64,000 bases of DNA from an uncultured Verrucomicrobiae bacterium (lineage in GTDB: Bacteria > Verrucomicrobiota > Verrucomicrobiia > Limisphaerales > Palsa-1400). This document shows, in pieces, positions 18,850-31,359 of this stretch. Within the stretch, counting starts at the first letter, position 1. Each line of letters starts with the position of its first letter. The position numbers and the translations under genes are program-made. Where the stretch lies: the NCBI GenBank assembly GCA_963707025.1, contig CAVPOM010000010.1:96001-160000 (forward strand). Reading direction: 5' to 3'. The notes beneath the pieces were generated by a model. That model did no database searches, had not been told where the DNA came from, and saw nothing but the letters and a program-made list of their open reading frames with translations.

Positions 18850-21800
18850 TTAACGCATGACGAGCCGGTAGTATTGCTGCAAACCGGTGGCGTTGACGGT
18901 ATAGGAATGCTGACCCACGGTGCTGAGAATATCAGCGAATGGGGAAGTCACAGAACCGGCGGTCTGCAGGGTGACCGCCGGATTTCCTATCCAGGTCAGG
19001 GTGACGGTGCCGTTGGTGACGGGACCGATGTTGACACCGCCGATGAGGTTGCCCGCGCCGGAGGCTTGAATGTTAAACGAATTGAAGTTGACACTCCCGC
19101 CGCCGCCAAAATACTCGAACAACAGGCCTGCGGCCGTGATCGGCCCGCCCAGGTTATGGGCCGGCGTTCCCCCCAGCAACACTCCCGCCGAGTTTGTAAA
19201 GGTGAGAGTCTGCCACAGCGACGCGGTGTTGGTGTAGATTTGGGAGAAGGAAGTATAATTAGCCGCCGTGCCGCCAGGCGTCAGCAACGCGATGGCGGGA
19301 GTGTAGCTGGCCGTGAGCAACGGATTGGCCGTGGCCGCATACCATTGCCCGCCCTGCTCGATGGCAAAGGCCACGGTGACGTTGGTCCACGCGCCGTCGC
19401 CCTGGGCCATGGACGTGCTAAACTGGATGCTGTTCACCGGGTAAAGCGCCGGGTCAAAGGCGATGAACGGCAAGCCCGAGTAACCCGTGTCACTGGTCGT
19501 CGAGGCGTAAAGGACGGCGTTGGTGTAGCCGCCTTCGTAAGCATAAGCCGCCGCGGTGCCCGACTGGTTGTCGGCGGCGGCGCCGTTGAGCTTGAACAAG
19601 CGGGTGGGAGTGTCCGCCTGGAGCGTCCAGCCGACATTGGTCAGGCTTAGATTCCCGGCCGGCAGCGAATAAACCGGGAACGATTCGTTGTAGATCAGGC
19701 CCAGCGGCGGAGGGATTACCGTCAAGATGGGTGATCCGTAGGTCCCGGAATCAGGTACCGTTGGTGCCGCCCCCGTTGACGGCCCAGCCGCTGTAAACTC
19801 CTGCCTCGCCGCTCTGGACATTTTGGAGCAGGATCTCCGTGTTGGTGGCGCTTGTAATAATGGAGCCGTCGGCGTTGGTTCCATTGGCCAAAACAGTGCC
19901 GCTTAGGAACGCGCCGGGAGTGGCGTTCAGCTCCCAGCTATTGGTGAACGGACGGGTGCCGGCTTCTGTAAAACTGAAACCCACTCCGCTGCCGGCATAA
20001 ACCGTCTGAGGATAAGGCACGTTCGGCTCGGAGGGGAAGCTCGGCGCCACGGGCGGGGTTGAATTGGTTACCAACATAAAGCTGTCCATGCTGTATAAAG
20101 CCAGGCCGGTGAAAACGAAGACCACGCCGGCCCCGGTGATGTTACCGGCCAGATTGGCCGAGGCTGCCGAGCCGATGGTCGCCGAACTGCCGCTGAGCGT
20201 CAGCGTGTTCCACCCGGCGGCGGTTGGGTCGAATTGCAGGCCGTAGGTGGTGTAGGCGGCGGGGGTCCCTCCCAACTGGATGGCGGAGGTGCTGACATAC
20301 CAACTGCTTCCCCCCGTTTGCACCGCCCAGTACAAGGAGGCGTTGCCGGCATTGGCCTGCGCGGCAATGGTGGCGCGAAAAGAGACGAAGGGGTAATTGG
20401 CCGGGGTTATGGCGGTAAAGGGAACTCCGGACAGCCCGGCGACATCCGTGTTGGTGGCGGCGTAAAAGGCGGTCGTCTTGGCTGCGGTTTCATAGGCATA
20501 GGCGGCTCCGGATTCGTCCAGACGGTTGGGAATGTCCCCGGCGGTGGTGGACCTCCATCCGACGTTGTTCAACGACGCGGCGGCGGGGAAGGGTCCCACA
20601 AAGGGGAATGTTTCCGCGTATAGAATATTATTGGTGAGAGGATTGACCGTCAAGGTGTTGGTGGTGTAGTTGGTGCTGTAGTCCTGGCCGTAGAGGTTGC
20701 TGACCTCCACCGAATAAGTTCCCGCGTCGGCGGAACTGACATTGGAGATGGTGAGCAGATTGCTGCCGGCCCCGATGATAAAGGACCCGGTTCCAGTAGC
20801 CCCGTTGACCAGAGTAACCGCGGAGCCGCCCGCTGCCGGATCAAATGTCCAGGCGTAATCCAACAAGGGTGTGCCGACGTAGGCATCCACCGCAAAGGAG
20901 GCGGTTCCCGTGGCAAAGGCGGTCTGGCTGAAGCCCGGGGCATCAATATTTGGCGCCACGTTACCCGGCGGACTGACCAGCGGCGCCGTAATGGTAAGAA
21001 GGTTTTGATCAACGCCATACCCGGTGGTGGTGGTGGAAAAAGTCCCGGTCGCCGCGACGACGCCAATGCCCTGGATCGGACCGGTCAAAGGGGCGGCGGC
21101 CGGACCGCCAATGGTGGCGGAGGTGGCGCCGAGGGTCAGGGAGTTCCAATTGGCCGCGGCGTTATTATTTGTATAGAAAAAGGAGTTCTGGGTCCAAATG
21201 GCATCGCCCGCGACGCTCGGGCTGTTGTTGGTGAAGGGGTTGACGGCGACATACCATGCCCCGCCGACTTCAACGGCAAGATAGTTGGTCACATACCCAG
21301 GGGGGAAGACGGGGTTTCCGCTGGCTTCGGACTCCAGGTTGAAGGTCAATCCCGCGGGATAAAGGCTGGGATCAATATCGGAAAATGAGGAGTCGCCCTG
21401 GCCTCCATTGCCGGAGGTGTCGGTCGTGTAAACAATCCCGACGGCGTTGGCTGTGTCTGCGGACTCATACATGGCGCGAGTGGACGCAATCACACCGGTC
21501 GTCACGTCCAGGGTCCCGGCGGCCACGCCGAATATCCCGGTGTAGGCGATGCCGAGTCCAGTCCAACCCACCTCAGCCAGGGTGGTGGGCGCAGCGCCGC
21601 CGCCGGCGGTAAAGGCAGCGCCCCAGTCTTCTGAATAGAGCACCGCTGGGGGCGGGGGCGCAGGCAGAGTCGCTGAAATGACCAGGGTGCTGTAATCCCA
21701 GCCACTGAAGCTGGCGTCAACCACCAGGCCAACGCCGGTGATCAGCCCGGACAAATTCTGGGCTGGCGTCGAACCGATGGTGGCGCCGGAGCCGGGCGCG

Positions 21801-22312
21801 TTAATGGTCAGGGTATTCCAGGCGGCGGCCAGGTTGGTATAAGGCATGCTCACGTTGATGAAGTTGGGATAGGTGCTGCCGTTGGGCAGGAGATTGGTGG
21901 AGACATACCACGACCCTCCCTGCTGAATGGCAAAATAGTTGGTGGCGAAGGTGCCCTCGCGGGCGATGGAAAAAGTCAAGTTGTTGGTGAACACAGTCGG
22001 GTCAATATCGGTGAAGCTGGAATCACCGTCGGCGCCGGCCCCGCTGCCGTCCGTCGTGTAAAAGATGCCAAACTGCCCAGGGGCCATGTCTTCGAAATAA
22101 ACGACGTTGGGCGGGGCGCTGAAAATGCCGCTATACGGGCCGCCCGAGGCAGCGCCCGCCGGCAGAACCGCCGTCCAACCCACCTGGCTCAAACTGATAC
22201 TCCCGGGGTGTTTGACCGAACCCCAATCCTGGACGTAGAGGTTGGTGGTGATTTGCGCCGTCGCGACCGCCCAAGAACCAAATAAGAAGAGGAGAGACAG
22301 TGATTTTTTCAT
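18850..22312 (-). CDS. Large secreted protein with a repeated beta-sandwich domain, Ig-like domains and C-terminal sorting-like domain; frameshift near 19755
   Basis: Signal peptide; about four copies of a domain (GWT...FTDIDP...[13 protein letters not shown]...WNTLT); Ig motif [11 protein letters not shown]; ends QQYYRLVMR. ORFs 19751-22312 and 18850-19884 join. Confidence 0.8.
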
Positions 22313-22360
22313 AATTGGAATGGATTGGTTTGACAGGTTTGGAACAAAGAAAGCTCGCCG

Positions 22361-23137
22361 CTATTGGTATTGATTCATCCATTGCGGCCAGCGGGCCGGA
22401 GGGGAGCTGACCCATCCTTGAAACCAACTCAAAGTCCAAAGCTCCTTTAACCCGACGCTGCGGACGGAGGAATCGAGAAAGGCCATGTTGACCGGTCTGG
22501 CGCCAGGATGCCTGGGGAGGGCAAACTCATCCAGGCCGTTTCCGGTTTGCCAGCCTTGCGAGGTGGGCGGCGCATCCGCCGGGGTGGGATTGGTGCCGTC
22601 CCACATGCCATCCCCAAACACCGGGGTGTTGTTCAGCTTGTTGAAGTCTGAAAGTTTGGTGCCGTACAAATTGCCGTTGAATTCGTAACTGCCCATCTCC
22701 CCTTGGTAACCCCAAGCTTCAATCGGATACGCACCCACGCCCATGATTCCCCAAGAGTAGAAGGTCCAGTCCATATCATCGGCAAACATGGTGGCGGCCG
22801 GAAGGGAAGACCGAAACAGGTTGGCGGCCGGGCACAGACAGATGTTGGTGTTGTTGTAGTAAGGCTGGCAGGCGCCCATCCACACCGAGGTGGGCACCCC
22901 CGGCGTCCAACCCACCGGCATGGTGTCCTTGTTGTCATTGGCATACATGGCAAAGGCCACTACCCACTGGTGCAGGTTTGACTTGTCTTGGGTGCTCTTG
23001 GCCGCCAGTTTCGCCTTGGCCAGAGTCGGAAGCAGCAGCGACGCCAAAATGGCGATGATGGCAATGACCACCAGCAATTCAATCAGCGTAAAACCCCATC
23101 GCAACCGCGAAGCGTTTTTTGGTCTTAACATAAGCAT
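22361..23137 (-). CDS. Prepilin-type N-terminal cleavage/methylation protein with H-X9-DG-like C-terminal motif
   Basis: [23 protein letters not shown] and [17 protein letters not shown]. Confidence 0.92.
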   Translation of the reverse strand: MLMLRPKNASRLRWGFTLIELLVVIAIIAILASLLLPTLAKAKLAAKSTQDKSNLHQWVVAFAMYANDNKDTMPVGWTPGVPTSVWMGACQPYYNNTNICLCPAANLFRSSLPAATMFADDMDWTFYSWGIMGVGAYPIEAWGYQGEMGSYEFNGNLYGTKLSDFNKLNNTPVFGDGMWDGTNPTPADAPPTSQGWQTGNGLDEFALPRHPGARPVNMAFLDSSVRSVGLKELWTLSWFQGWVSSPPARWPQWMNQYQ

Positions 23138-23520
23138 CGTGGATGCCGGATCAATGATTCCGATTTCGTATTGTTTTGTCAAGCCGCCGATCGCGACCTG
23201 GCGACAACATCGCGTTCCTGCGCTTTCAAAGGCTATTTGAGGATAATTTTCCCTTTTTCCCCGGCTTTGTCCAGCCTCACAACTGTATGGTTCTGAGGGG
23301 GCGGGAATTCCCGGCGCCGCCCCGGCCATGCCTCGGGACGGAGGCCTCTAAATTCTTGCCGCGCGTTGGAATTCAGCAAATAACCCTCCGCCGCGCTTCT
23401 TGTTGGAGCCTTGGACCCTGTCGCCGATTCCCAATGGTCTGCCGGAATCCGATGCGTCCGCCCTGAACCCGCGCATTTGTGAGGCTTGGCAGGGAACGGA
23501 TTCTTTGCGAAGATCAATTC

Positions 23521-24987
23521 ATGTTCCATCAACGATCCAGCCGGCAAAATTCACCCTCCGCCGAAAACCAGCATTCCTACAGGCAATTTTCGCCCGCAAG
23601 TCGAAGCACGCGCCCGCACGGCGTCGGTCGCGCCCTGGTCCTTTGGCTGGCGCTTGGTGCCTGCCTGGCAGCGGCAATGGCTCGCGCGCAAACGGCGCCG
23701 CCCAGTTCGAAATTCCTGCTGGGGGCGGACATCTCAGCCCTGGCCAGCGGGCGCGGCGGCCGGGGCTTTGGCGGCAGAGCGCGCGGGAATGCCGCCACCA
23801 ATACTGCCGCAACCAACACCGTTGCCGCCGGCACCAACGCGGTGGCGGCCGGTGGGCGGCGCGGAGGTCCCGGCGGTTACCAGGAGAACGGCCAGCCGGG
23901 CACCGAAATCAGCATCATGATGAACCACCACTGGAACGCCTTCCGCCTGCGCGTTTTTGTGGACCCGGTGAGGAACGCTCCGAACAACAGCTTGTCCAAC
24001 ACCATTCCGCTGGCCAGACAGATCAAGGCGGCCGGGGCCTTGTTCCTGCTGGACATTCATTATTCGGACACCTGGGCCGATCCGCAGCACCAGGAGACCC
24101 CCTTGGCGTGGCAGGACATTGACGCAGACCACACCAATCAGTCCCTCAGTCTGCGCGAGTTTCAAGACCTGCTGACCAACAGCGTGTCCGGCTACGGAAC
24201 CTGGCCGGCGGCACGGGTGGAACGGGACATGGCCGCCTTGGAAAAACGCGTCGAGCAATACAGCAGCGATGTCATCACCCAGCTCCAGCAGGCCGGGGCG
24301 ATGCCGGACATGGTGCAAGTGGGCAACGAAATCACCGGCGGCACCCTGTGGCCCTTCGCCCACGTCAAGGTCCCCCCTTCCGCTGTCAAACTGGATGCCG
24401 GCAGAATTCAAGCCCTGCCCGAGCCTTACGACGACAACCGGCAATGGGACCATCTCATCCGCGTGATCAAGGCCGGGGTGCGCGGCGTCCGCTCCGCCGC
24501 GGGCCGCCCGGTGCCAATTGTCATTCACATTGACTGCGGCGGCGACTGGCCGGTGACCAAATGGTATTTCAATCACCTGACGGAGGCGAAGGTGGACTAC
24601 GACATCATCGCCCAGAGTTTTTATCCCAACTATCACGGCACGCCGGACCTGCTGCAGCAGAACATGGTGGAGTGCGCCCGGGCCTATCACAAGCCGTTCC
24701 TGGTGGCCGAGACCGGGTATGCGAAGACCGGCGGAGACGAGCTGATGACGCGGAGAAAGTACAATTTGTGGCCGGGAACGCCGCAAGGCCAGTTGCAGTT
24801 TATGGCCGACCTGGTCAACACGGTCCAGCGCGCGCCCGGCGGCCTGGGAGTGATTTACTGGGCGCCCGAGGGCGCCTTGTGGAATGCCGACGGCAGCCCC
24901 GCGCCGGCCATTTCCGTGCTCGACAATTTGTCGCTGACCAATGCCCCGCAGAGTCATCTGCCCCCCGCGCCCGCGTCCGGGCCATAA
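23521..24987 (+). CDS. GH53 arabinogalactan endo-beta-1,4-galactanase
   Basis: LGADIS, RLRVFVDP, DIHYSDTWADP, MVQVGNE and VAETGY. Confidence 0.92.
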   Translation: MFHQRSSRQNSPSAENQHSYRQFSPASRSTRPHGVGRALVLWLALGACLAAAMARAQTAPPSSKFLLGADISALASGRGGRGFGGRARGNAATNTAATNTVAAGTNAVAAGGRRGGPGGYQENGQPGTEISIMMNHHWNAFRLRVFVDPVRNAPNNSLSNTIPLARQIKAAGALFLLDIHYSDTWADPQHQETPLAWQDIDADHTNQSLSLREFQDLLTNSVSGYGTWPAARVERDMAALEKRVEQYSSDVITQLQQAGAMPDMVQVGNEITGGTLWPFAHVKVPPSAVKLDAGRIQALPEPYDDNRQWDHLIRVIKAGVRGVRSAAGRPVPIVIHIDCGGDWPVTKWYFNHLTEAKVDYDIIAQSFYPNYHGTPDLLQQNMVECARAYHKPFLVAETGYAKTGGDELMTRRKYNLWPGTPQGQLQFMADLVNTVQRAPGGLGVIYWAPEGALWNADGSPAPAISVLDNLSLTNAPQSHLPPAPASGP

Positions 24988-25184
24988 ACCGCGGCCCATT
25001 GCGCTGCAACCATCAAGGCAAAGCAATGTCATGCGCCAGTAATGCCTGGCAGGGCGGGTCCCGAATTATCGGGACCCCACCCTGGCATTCATGCCGCATT
25101 GCTTTGCCTCGCACCCGCCGGCGCATTTGGGAACTGTCGAAATTGGTGATGCGAAGGTCGTTTCCAGAGGATATGCTCGGCTCC

Positions 25185-28100
25185 ATGCGCGCAACTTCTT
25201 TGATCCGGCCCTGGCGCGCGGCGCTTTACGGCGCATTCGCACTGGGCGCGCCCCTGGCGCGAGCCGCGCAGGCGCCGGGGAGTCCCTCTTCCGCGCAAGT
25301 CACCACGGTGCGCCAAATTCGCCGGCTGGCTACCCAGACGCCGGAGGCCAGCTATTCCTTCGCTCTGGACGGGGATGTTTGGTGGGCCAATCCTGCGCAG
25401 GGAGAATTGGTTTTGAAGGATGACTCCGGCGCGGAGGAATTGGAAATGGACCTGGCGGGCCAGCCTTTGGCCGCCGGACAAAGAGTGCATCTGGAGGGAA
25501 ACGGGACGATCACCCCGACGGGTTCCGGTTTCCGCCTCGGGGCCAACGGGCCGGTGGTGGATAACGACGGCGTTCATGGGATGGTGGAGAAATCCGGCGC
25601 TGTTTTCTTGAAGGCGGGACGCAATCCGATCCGCCTGGAGTGGTTCAATGGCGTCGAGAGTTTTGGCTTGGAGGCGCAGTACCAGGGGCCGGACCTCTCC
25701 CGCCGGAAGATCGCGGACTCCGCCCTCTTTCGGCTGCAAACCAATCCCGCCAGCGGGGTGGGCCAGTGGGTCAATGGGCTGGATTTCAAATGTTGCCAAG
25801 TCTCCGGCCAGGCCCTGCCTGATTTCAAACAATTGCCCGCCCTGAAAACCGGGGTGACCGACAACTTCGATCTAAGTGTGATGACGCAGCCGGAGCATGT
25901 GGGCCTTTGTTTCACCGGATTCCTGGATGTTCCGCGCGCGGGCCTTTACCGGTTTTACCTCAAATCGGACGACGGCAGCCGGTTGTTCGCCGGCGAACCC
26001 TCGCTCCAGGCCACGGTCCTTGGCCGGGTGGCGCTGCCCAAACCTGAGCCGTTGTTCATCGGTCAATCTTGGCGCGACGGCGACAACGGCCTGTGGGTCG
26101 AAGTGACCGGAAAGGTAACTTTTGCCAGTCAGAAGCCTGACGGGTTGAAGCTGGAATTGAGCGCCGGCGCCGGACGGCTGCGCGCGGAAGTCGCCGATGA
26201 CCCCGGCCTCTCCCCCGCCCTGCTCTGGAACCGCCACGTCCGCGCCACGGGGTTCTGCCAGGGCGTCTCCAACGTGGACGGCCAGGGTGTTCCCGGTGTT
26301 TTGCTCGTCCCCGGCCGCTCTGAAATCGTGCTGCTGCCAACCCCGGCGGAGGCGGCCGAAAACAGGGACACCAACGCGCGCGGGCTTCCGCTGCTGGTCA
26401 CGGCGGCGGAGGTTCACCGCCTCAAGCGGGAGGAAGCCCGGCGCGGCTATCCGGTCAGGATCCGCGGCGTCATCACCTCGGTTCTGCCGGAGCACCAGGC
26501 CTTCACCCTGCAGGATTGGACGCGGGGACTTTATATTGTTGACTTTTCCGAAAGCCGCTCGCGCCCGCCCCGGATCGGCGAGTTTTTGGAGGTGGAAGGC
26601 GTGACCGATCCGAGTTTGTTTGCGCCCGTGGTCAATGCCCGGCGCGTGCGCGGGCTGGGCGCCGGGGAGATGCCCGAGCCGGTCCATCCCACCCGCGATC
26701 AATTGCTCAACGGCAGTCTGGACGCCCAATATGTGGAAATTCAGGGCGTGCTCACTTCGGTCCAGGAGGATGGCGTCAATCTCCTCACCCCCGACGGGAG
26801 AATCAAAACCGACCTCCGTGTCCCCGGCCTCCAACCCCAGGATCTGGCCCGTTATGAGGATGCGCTGGTCCGGGTGCGGGGATGCCTGTTCGCCACCTGG
26901 GATTATTTGACTCACCAGGTCCGGATGGGAGAGATCCGCGTTTACGGCGCGGACATCACGGTGGAGCAGCCGGCGCCGGCCGACTTGTTCTCCACGCCCA
27001 GAAAGACGGCGGCCCAACTGCTCTTGTTCGATCCCCAGGCCGGTATTTTTCAAAGGGTCAGAGTCTCCGGCCAAATCATCCATGTCCGCGGGCCGGAATG
27101 TTTCATGATGGACGGCCGCCGCGGGGTGCGCTTCATCCCAAAACATCCCGCCGGCCTGGCCGCGGGCGACTGGGTGGAGGTGGTCGGCTTTCCACAATTG
27201 AGCAGCGCTTCCCCCGTCTTGCGCGAGGCGGTGGCGCGCCAGACCGGCCACGCCGCCCTGCCCGCCGCCCGCGCCCCCGACCCGGCCGATTTGATCCGGT
27301 CGGACCTGGATTCAACCCTGGTGCGAGTGGAGGCGTTGCTTGTCAATCATAGAAACACCGGGGCGGAGCAGGCCCTGGAAATGCGCGTGGGCCTGCGCAC
27401 CTTTTTAGCCTGGCTGCCCGGCAAGGAGCAGGACGTTCGCGCCATACCGGAGGGCAGCCGGCTGGCCTTGACCGGGACCTACGCCAGCCTGGGCGGCAGC
27501 CGGCCCGGCAGCCAGGACGTGGCCTCTTTTGAGTTGCTCCTCAACTCGCCCGCCGACATCGCGGTGCTGGCCCGGCCGCCTTGGTGGACGCTGGCAAGGC
27601 TGTTGGTCATCCTGGGCGCGCTGGCCTGCGTCCTGGCCGTCACCGTCCTCTGGATTACCCAACTGCGGCGCAAAGTCGAGCAGCGCACCGCCGAACTTGA
27701 AGTCCAAATCCGCCAACGCCAGCGGGTCGAGCAACAGCATGACCATGGAGCAGGAACGCGCCCGCATTGCCCAGGACCTGCACGATGAACTGGGGTCCGG
27801 CCTGACGGAAATCAGCATGCTGGGGGCGCGGGCCCGTTCGGCCTCCGCGCCGGTGGAGAAGCGGGGCCGCTATCTGGAGCAAATGGGCGAAAAGGCGCGC
27901 CAGATGGTTACCGCCCTGGACGAGATTGTCTGGGCCATGAACCCGACGCACGATTCCCTGGCCTCGATGGTCAGTTATTTTTCCCTGTATGCCGACCGCT
28001 TCCTGGGCTGGCCAACATCGCCTGGCGCTTCGAGGCGCCGCCGACCCCGCAGGACCAGGCGGTGGATTCCCGGCGCCGCCACCAGTTGTTTCTCGCCTTC

Positions 28101-28352
28101 AAGGAAGCGCTGACCAATGTGGTGCGCCATTCCGGTGCGACGGAGGTGCGCCTGAGCATCCAGGCCGAACAGGGCCACGTCCTCCTGACCATCGCCGACA
28201 ACGGCCGGGGGCTGCCTCAGGGCGGCCAGACCGAAGAAATGGACGGCGTGGCCAATATGCGGACCCGCCTGGAAAAATTGGGCGGGCGCTTTGCAGTCAA
28301 CAGCCAGGCCGGGCGCGGCACCGTCGTTCGCTTCGATCTGCCGGCGCATTGA
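25185..28352 (+). CDS. Sensor histidine kinase (PA14-like periplasmic region, HisKA_3/HATPase); frameshifts near 27740 and 28005
   Basis: FYLKSDDGSRL (PA14-like); PPWWT followed by a TM helix; ERARIAQDLHDELGSGLT; KEALTNVVRHS; DNGRG. Confidence 0.88.
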
Positions 28353-28363
28353 ACCGCAAGCCT

Positions 28364-28997
28364 ATGACCAGAATTGCCATTGTTGAGGACAACAGAGTCA
28401 TCCGCGAAAGCCTCATGGAATTTGTCCAGGCGGACGCGGAATGCGAGTGCGTCTTCGCCTGCGCGACCGCGGCGGAAGCCCTCCAGCATGATCCCCCGGC
28501 ACCAGCCGGAAATTGTGCTGATGGACATTCAATTGCCGGACATTTCCGGCATCGAATGCACCGCCCAGCTCAAACAGCTGCTGCCCTCCGTCCAGATCAT
28601 CATGGTCACCGTCTATGAAGATACCGAACGCATTTTCAAGGCCTTGCGGGCGGGGGCCTGCGGCTATCTGTTGAAGCGTTGCACCCCGGAAGAACTCCTG
28701 GCCGCCATCCGCGAGGTGCGCCAGGGCGGCGCGCCCATGTCGCGCGAAATCGCCCGCAAGGTCATCGCTTCCTTCCAGGAACCGGTGGCCGTCGCGGCGG
28801 AAGTGGAGGGCCTGTCGCCGCGCGAGCGCGAAATCCTGGAATTGCTCGCCGGCGGATTTCCCAACAAGGAGATCGCCGACCGCATCGGCCTGACCGACGG
28901 CACGGTGCGCTGGCATCTCCGGCATGTTTATCACAAGCTGCATGTCCGCTCGCGGACCGAGGCGGCGCTCAAGTTCCTGTCCGCCAAGGCCGACTGA
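28364..28997 (+). CDS. NarL/LuxR-family response regulator; frameshift near 28487
   Basis: IAIVEDN, LMDIQLPDISG, GACGYLLK, LSPREREILELLAGG..NKEIA and KLHVRSRTEA. Confidence 0.93.
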
Positions 28998-29083
28998 CCT
29001 TGCCGGCAGGCCAAAGCCCTCATACCCGCAGTCGAAGGAATCCACCAACGGGCGCGAATTGCGCCAATCCTGGGTGAAGTGGT

Positions 29084-29132
29084 GGAGTAACGGAGTGGTG
29101 GAGTATTGGAGTGATGGAGTGATGGAGTGATG
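29084..29132 (+). repeat. Degenerate GGAGTGAT octamer tandem repeat
   Basis: About six units, same motif as the array at 38107-38298. Confidence 0.8.
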
Positions 29133-29245
29133 AGCACGGCGGCTGCAAAAAACACCTTGATTAGGGGAATTATATACAATCTTACACCGCCGCCAGCCGC
29201 CTCCAAACCGGGCAAAGCGTTGACCGAAAGGACGTTCCATGAAAT

Positions 29246-29512
29246 TTAAGCGGTGGCCTTCGGCAGTTCGGGGGCTTCTGGAAGGAATAAAATCCGGTAT
29301 TGGAATTCATGTTCGACGGCTTGACGTATGGCAAGACCGAGGAACGGCAGCCCATCATCTGAGACAATCAGCCAGGTCCCTGCATTCAGGATTTCGACAC
29401 CTTTACTGGATGATGAGTCATCTTCAACGGCTTCTACGATCTGCCACCATTTATGTTTTCTTTTATCGTCGGAATCGGACGGACGTTTCACAACAAAGAG
29501 GATTGAGTTCAT
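29246..29512 (-). CDS. Hypothetical cargo protein (88 aa)
   Basis: ATG ORF just downstream of, and co-oriented with, the RM gene inside the transposon. Confidence 0.6.
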   Translation of the reverse strand: MNSILFVVKRPSDSDDKRKHKWWQIVEAVEDDSSSSKGVEILNAGTWLIVSDDGLPFLGLAIRQAVEHEFQYRILFLPEAPELPKATA

Positions 29513-29865
29513 GTCCCGAATCAGAGGGCCAAGAGGCGGGGGATGTCAAGCGGTGAAACCGTTACGGCTTGCGTCCCCGTTTCTTTGGCGTGGCTGGCAA
29601 CAACGGGGCGGTGAATTTCTCATAAAGCGCAAAAAGGAACCCCACACGCTCCCGGTCTGACCGAAACGGCTCCGGGCGGTAGCACTGCTCCACGGCACGA
29701 TCAAGTTCCGTGTGGGCTTTCGACAAGGCGGGAGGCATGGTGAGGGGGTCGTACAAATCAGCAATCGTGCCCGTGCCTCTCGGAGGCAAATGCGGCTCAC
29801 GCGCTTCAAGAACGATTTTTGCTTTACTATTTATTCGGTCACGCTGGCTATCGGTGACAATCGGC

Positions 29866-31359
29866 TGAGGTGGACCCCATCCTTTAGACCACGGAGCGCA
29901 TGAAATAAGCGCGACTTTTGCCGATTGCTGTCATTACTAATTGTAGTTGACTACTGTTCATTCCGTGTTTCAAAACCCTTTCGAAAAGAGAGAACGAGCG
30001 ATGCGGAGCACTGCCCGTCCTCCCTCTCCGTTTTCTTAGGGTTCTCAACTCTACCGCCGCAGGCGGTCTGATTTCAAGCCTTTTCCTGCCGCCTGCCTCT
30101 CTGTCAAGTGCTGCGATCGCTCCTGCCTCTGGCAGGTTGCATCGCTTCCCATTTGGCCGGTTGGGCTCCATGCGTGCCGGGATCAAAATACGCGTCCGCC
30201 GGCGTCGCATAGCCCAACGCCTGGTGCGGTCGTTCCCGGTTGTAGCCGTCAAACCACCGGCCCAGTCCGCGCCCTGCCGCCAACCCGTCGCCATAGTCTT
30301 GCAAATAAATGTCCTCATACTTGGCGCTCCGCCACAGCCGCTCGATAAACCGGTTGTCCATCCAGCGACCCCGTCCGTCCATGCTCACGTCCACCCCCGC
30401 CGATTCCACCGCATCAATAAACATCGGGGAGGTGAACTGCGATCCCTGGTCGGTATTGGAAATCAACGGCGCCTGACGCCCCGCCCGCAACGCCGCCTCC
30501 CAAGCGTCCACACAAAAGTCCGCCTCCAACGTGTTGCTCAAGCGCCATCCCAGCACGTAACGACTCCACCAATCCATCACCGCCACCAAATACATAAACC
30601 CAGTTGCCATAGGCACATACGTAATGTCCGAACACCAAACCTGATCCGGTCCCGTCACTGCCAAATTGCGTAACAGATACGGATAAATCTGGTGCCCCAT
30701 CTCCCGCAGACTCGTCTTGGGCTTGGCGTAAATCGCCTCGATCCCCATCAACCGCAGCAGCCGCACCACCCGTTTGCGATTGATGGTCAAACCCTCCCGG
30801 CGCAACAGCACGGTCAGTTTGCGGCTGCCATAAACCGGGTGGTCCAAATGCATCTGGTCCAACCGCCGCATCAGCGCCAGGTTCTCCTCTGTCTCCGGAC
30901 AGCACTGGTAATAATAACTGCCACGGCACACCGCCAGCAGCTCGCACTGGCGCCGCACGCTGAGCTGCGGATCGGGAGCGATTAAACATGTTAAAGCCCC
31001 AGTTGCCTGGACTTTTTTTTAAGCCAGTCCAAGTCCACCGTCAGTTGGCCAATCTTCTCATGCAGTTGGGCAATCAACTGTTCCTGATCCTCCGTGCGGG
31101 GTTGCCCGGGCTCAAACAATTCGGGCATGTGATCCCGAATCGTCGCCCGCCACTGCGTGACCTGCGCCGGATGCACCGCATACTCTCGCGCCAATTGCGC
31201 GACCGTCTTCAGCCCCACCAGGGCTTCGAATCCCACTTTGGCCTTGAAGGCCGCACTGTGTCTTTTCCGTTTTGCTTTCATAAGTCTGCTCTTTCTTATC
31301 TACAGCAAACCGGCAAAAATCGAAACTTACCTGTGGTCTAAAAATAGGGGTCCAGCTCA
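29866..31359 (-). mobile_element. IS3-family element, copy 2 (orfA 30991-31281, orfB 30104-30958)
   Basis: Same IRs as copy 1, GGC TSD at 29863-29865 and 31360-31362, intact ORFs. Confidence 0.97.

Noticed and set aside
24561..25184. N-terminal extension of the 1075-aa kinase ORF
   Set aside because: It overlaps GH53 in another frame and is not protein-like.
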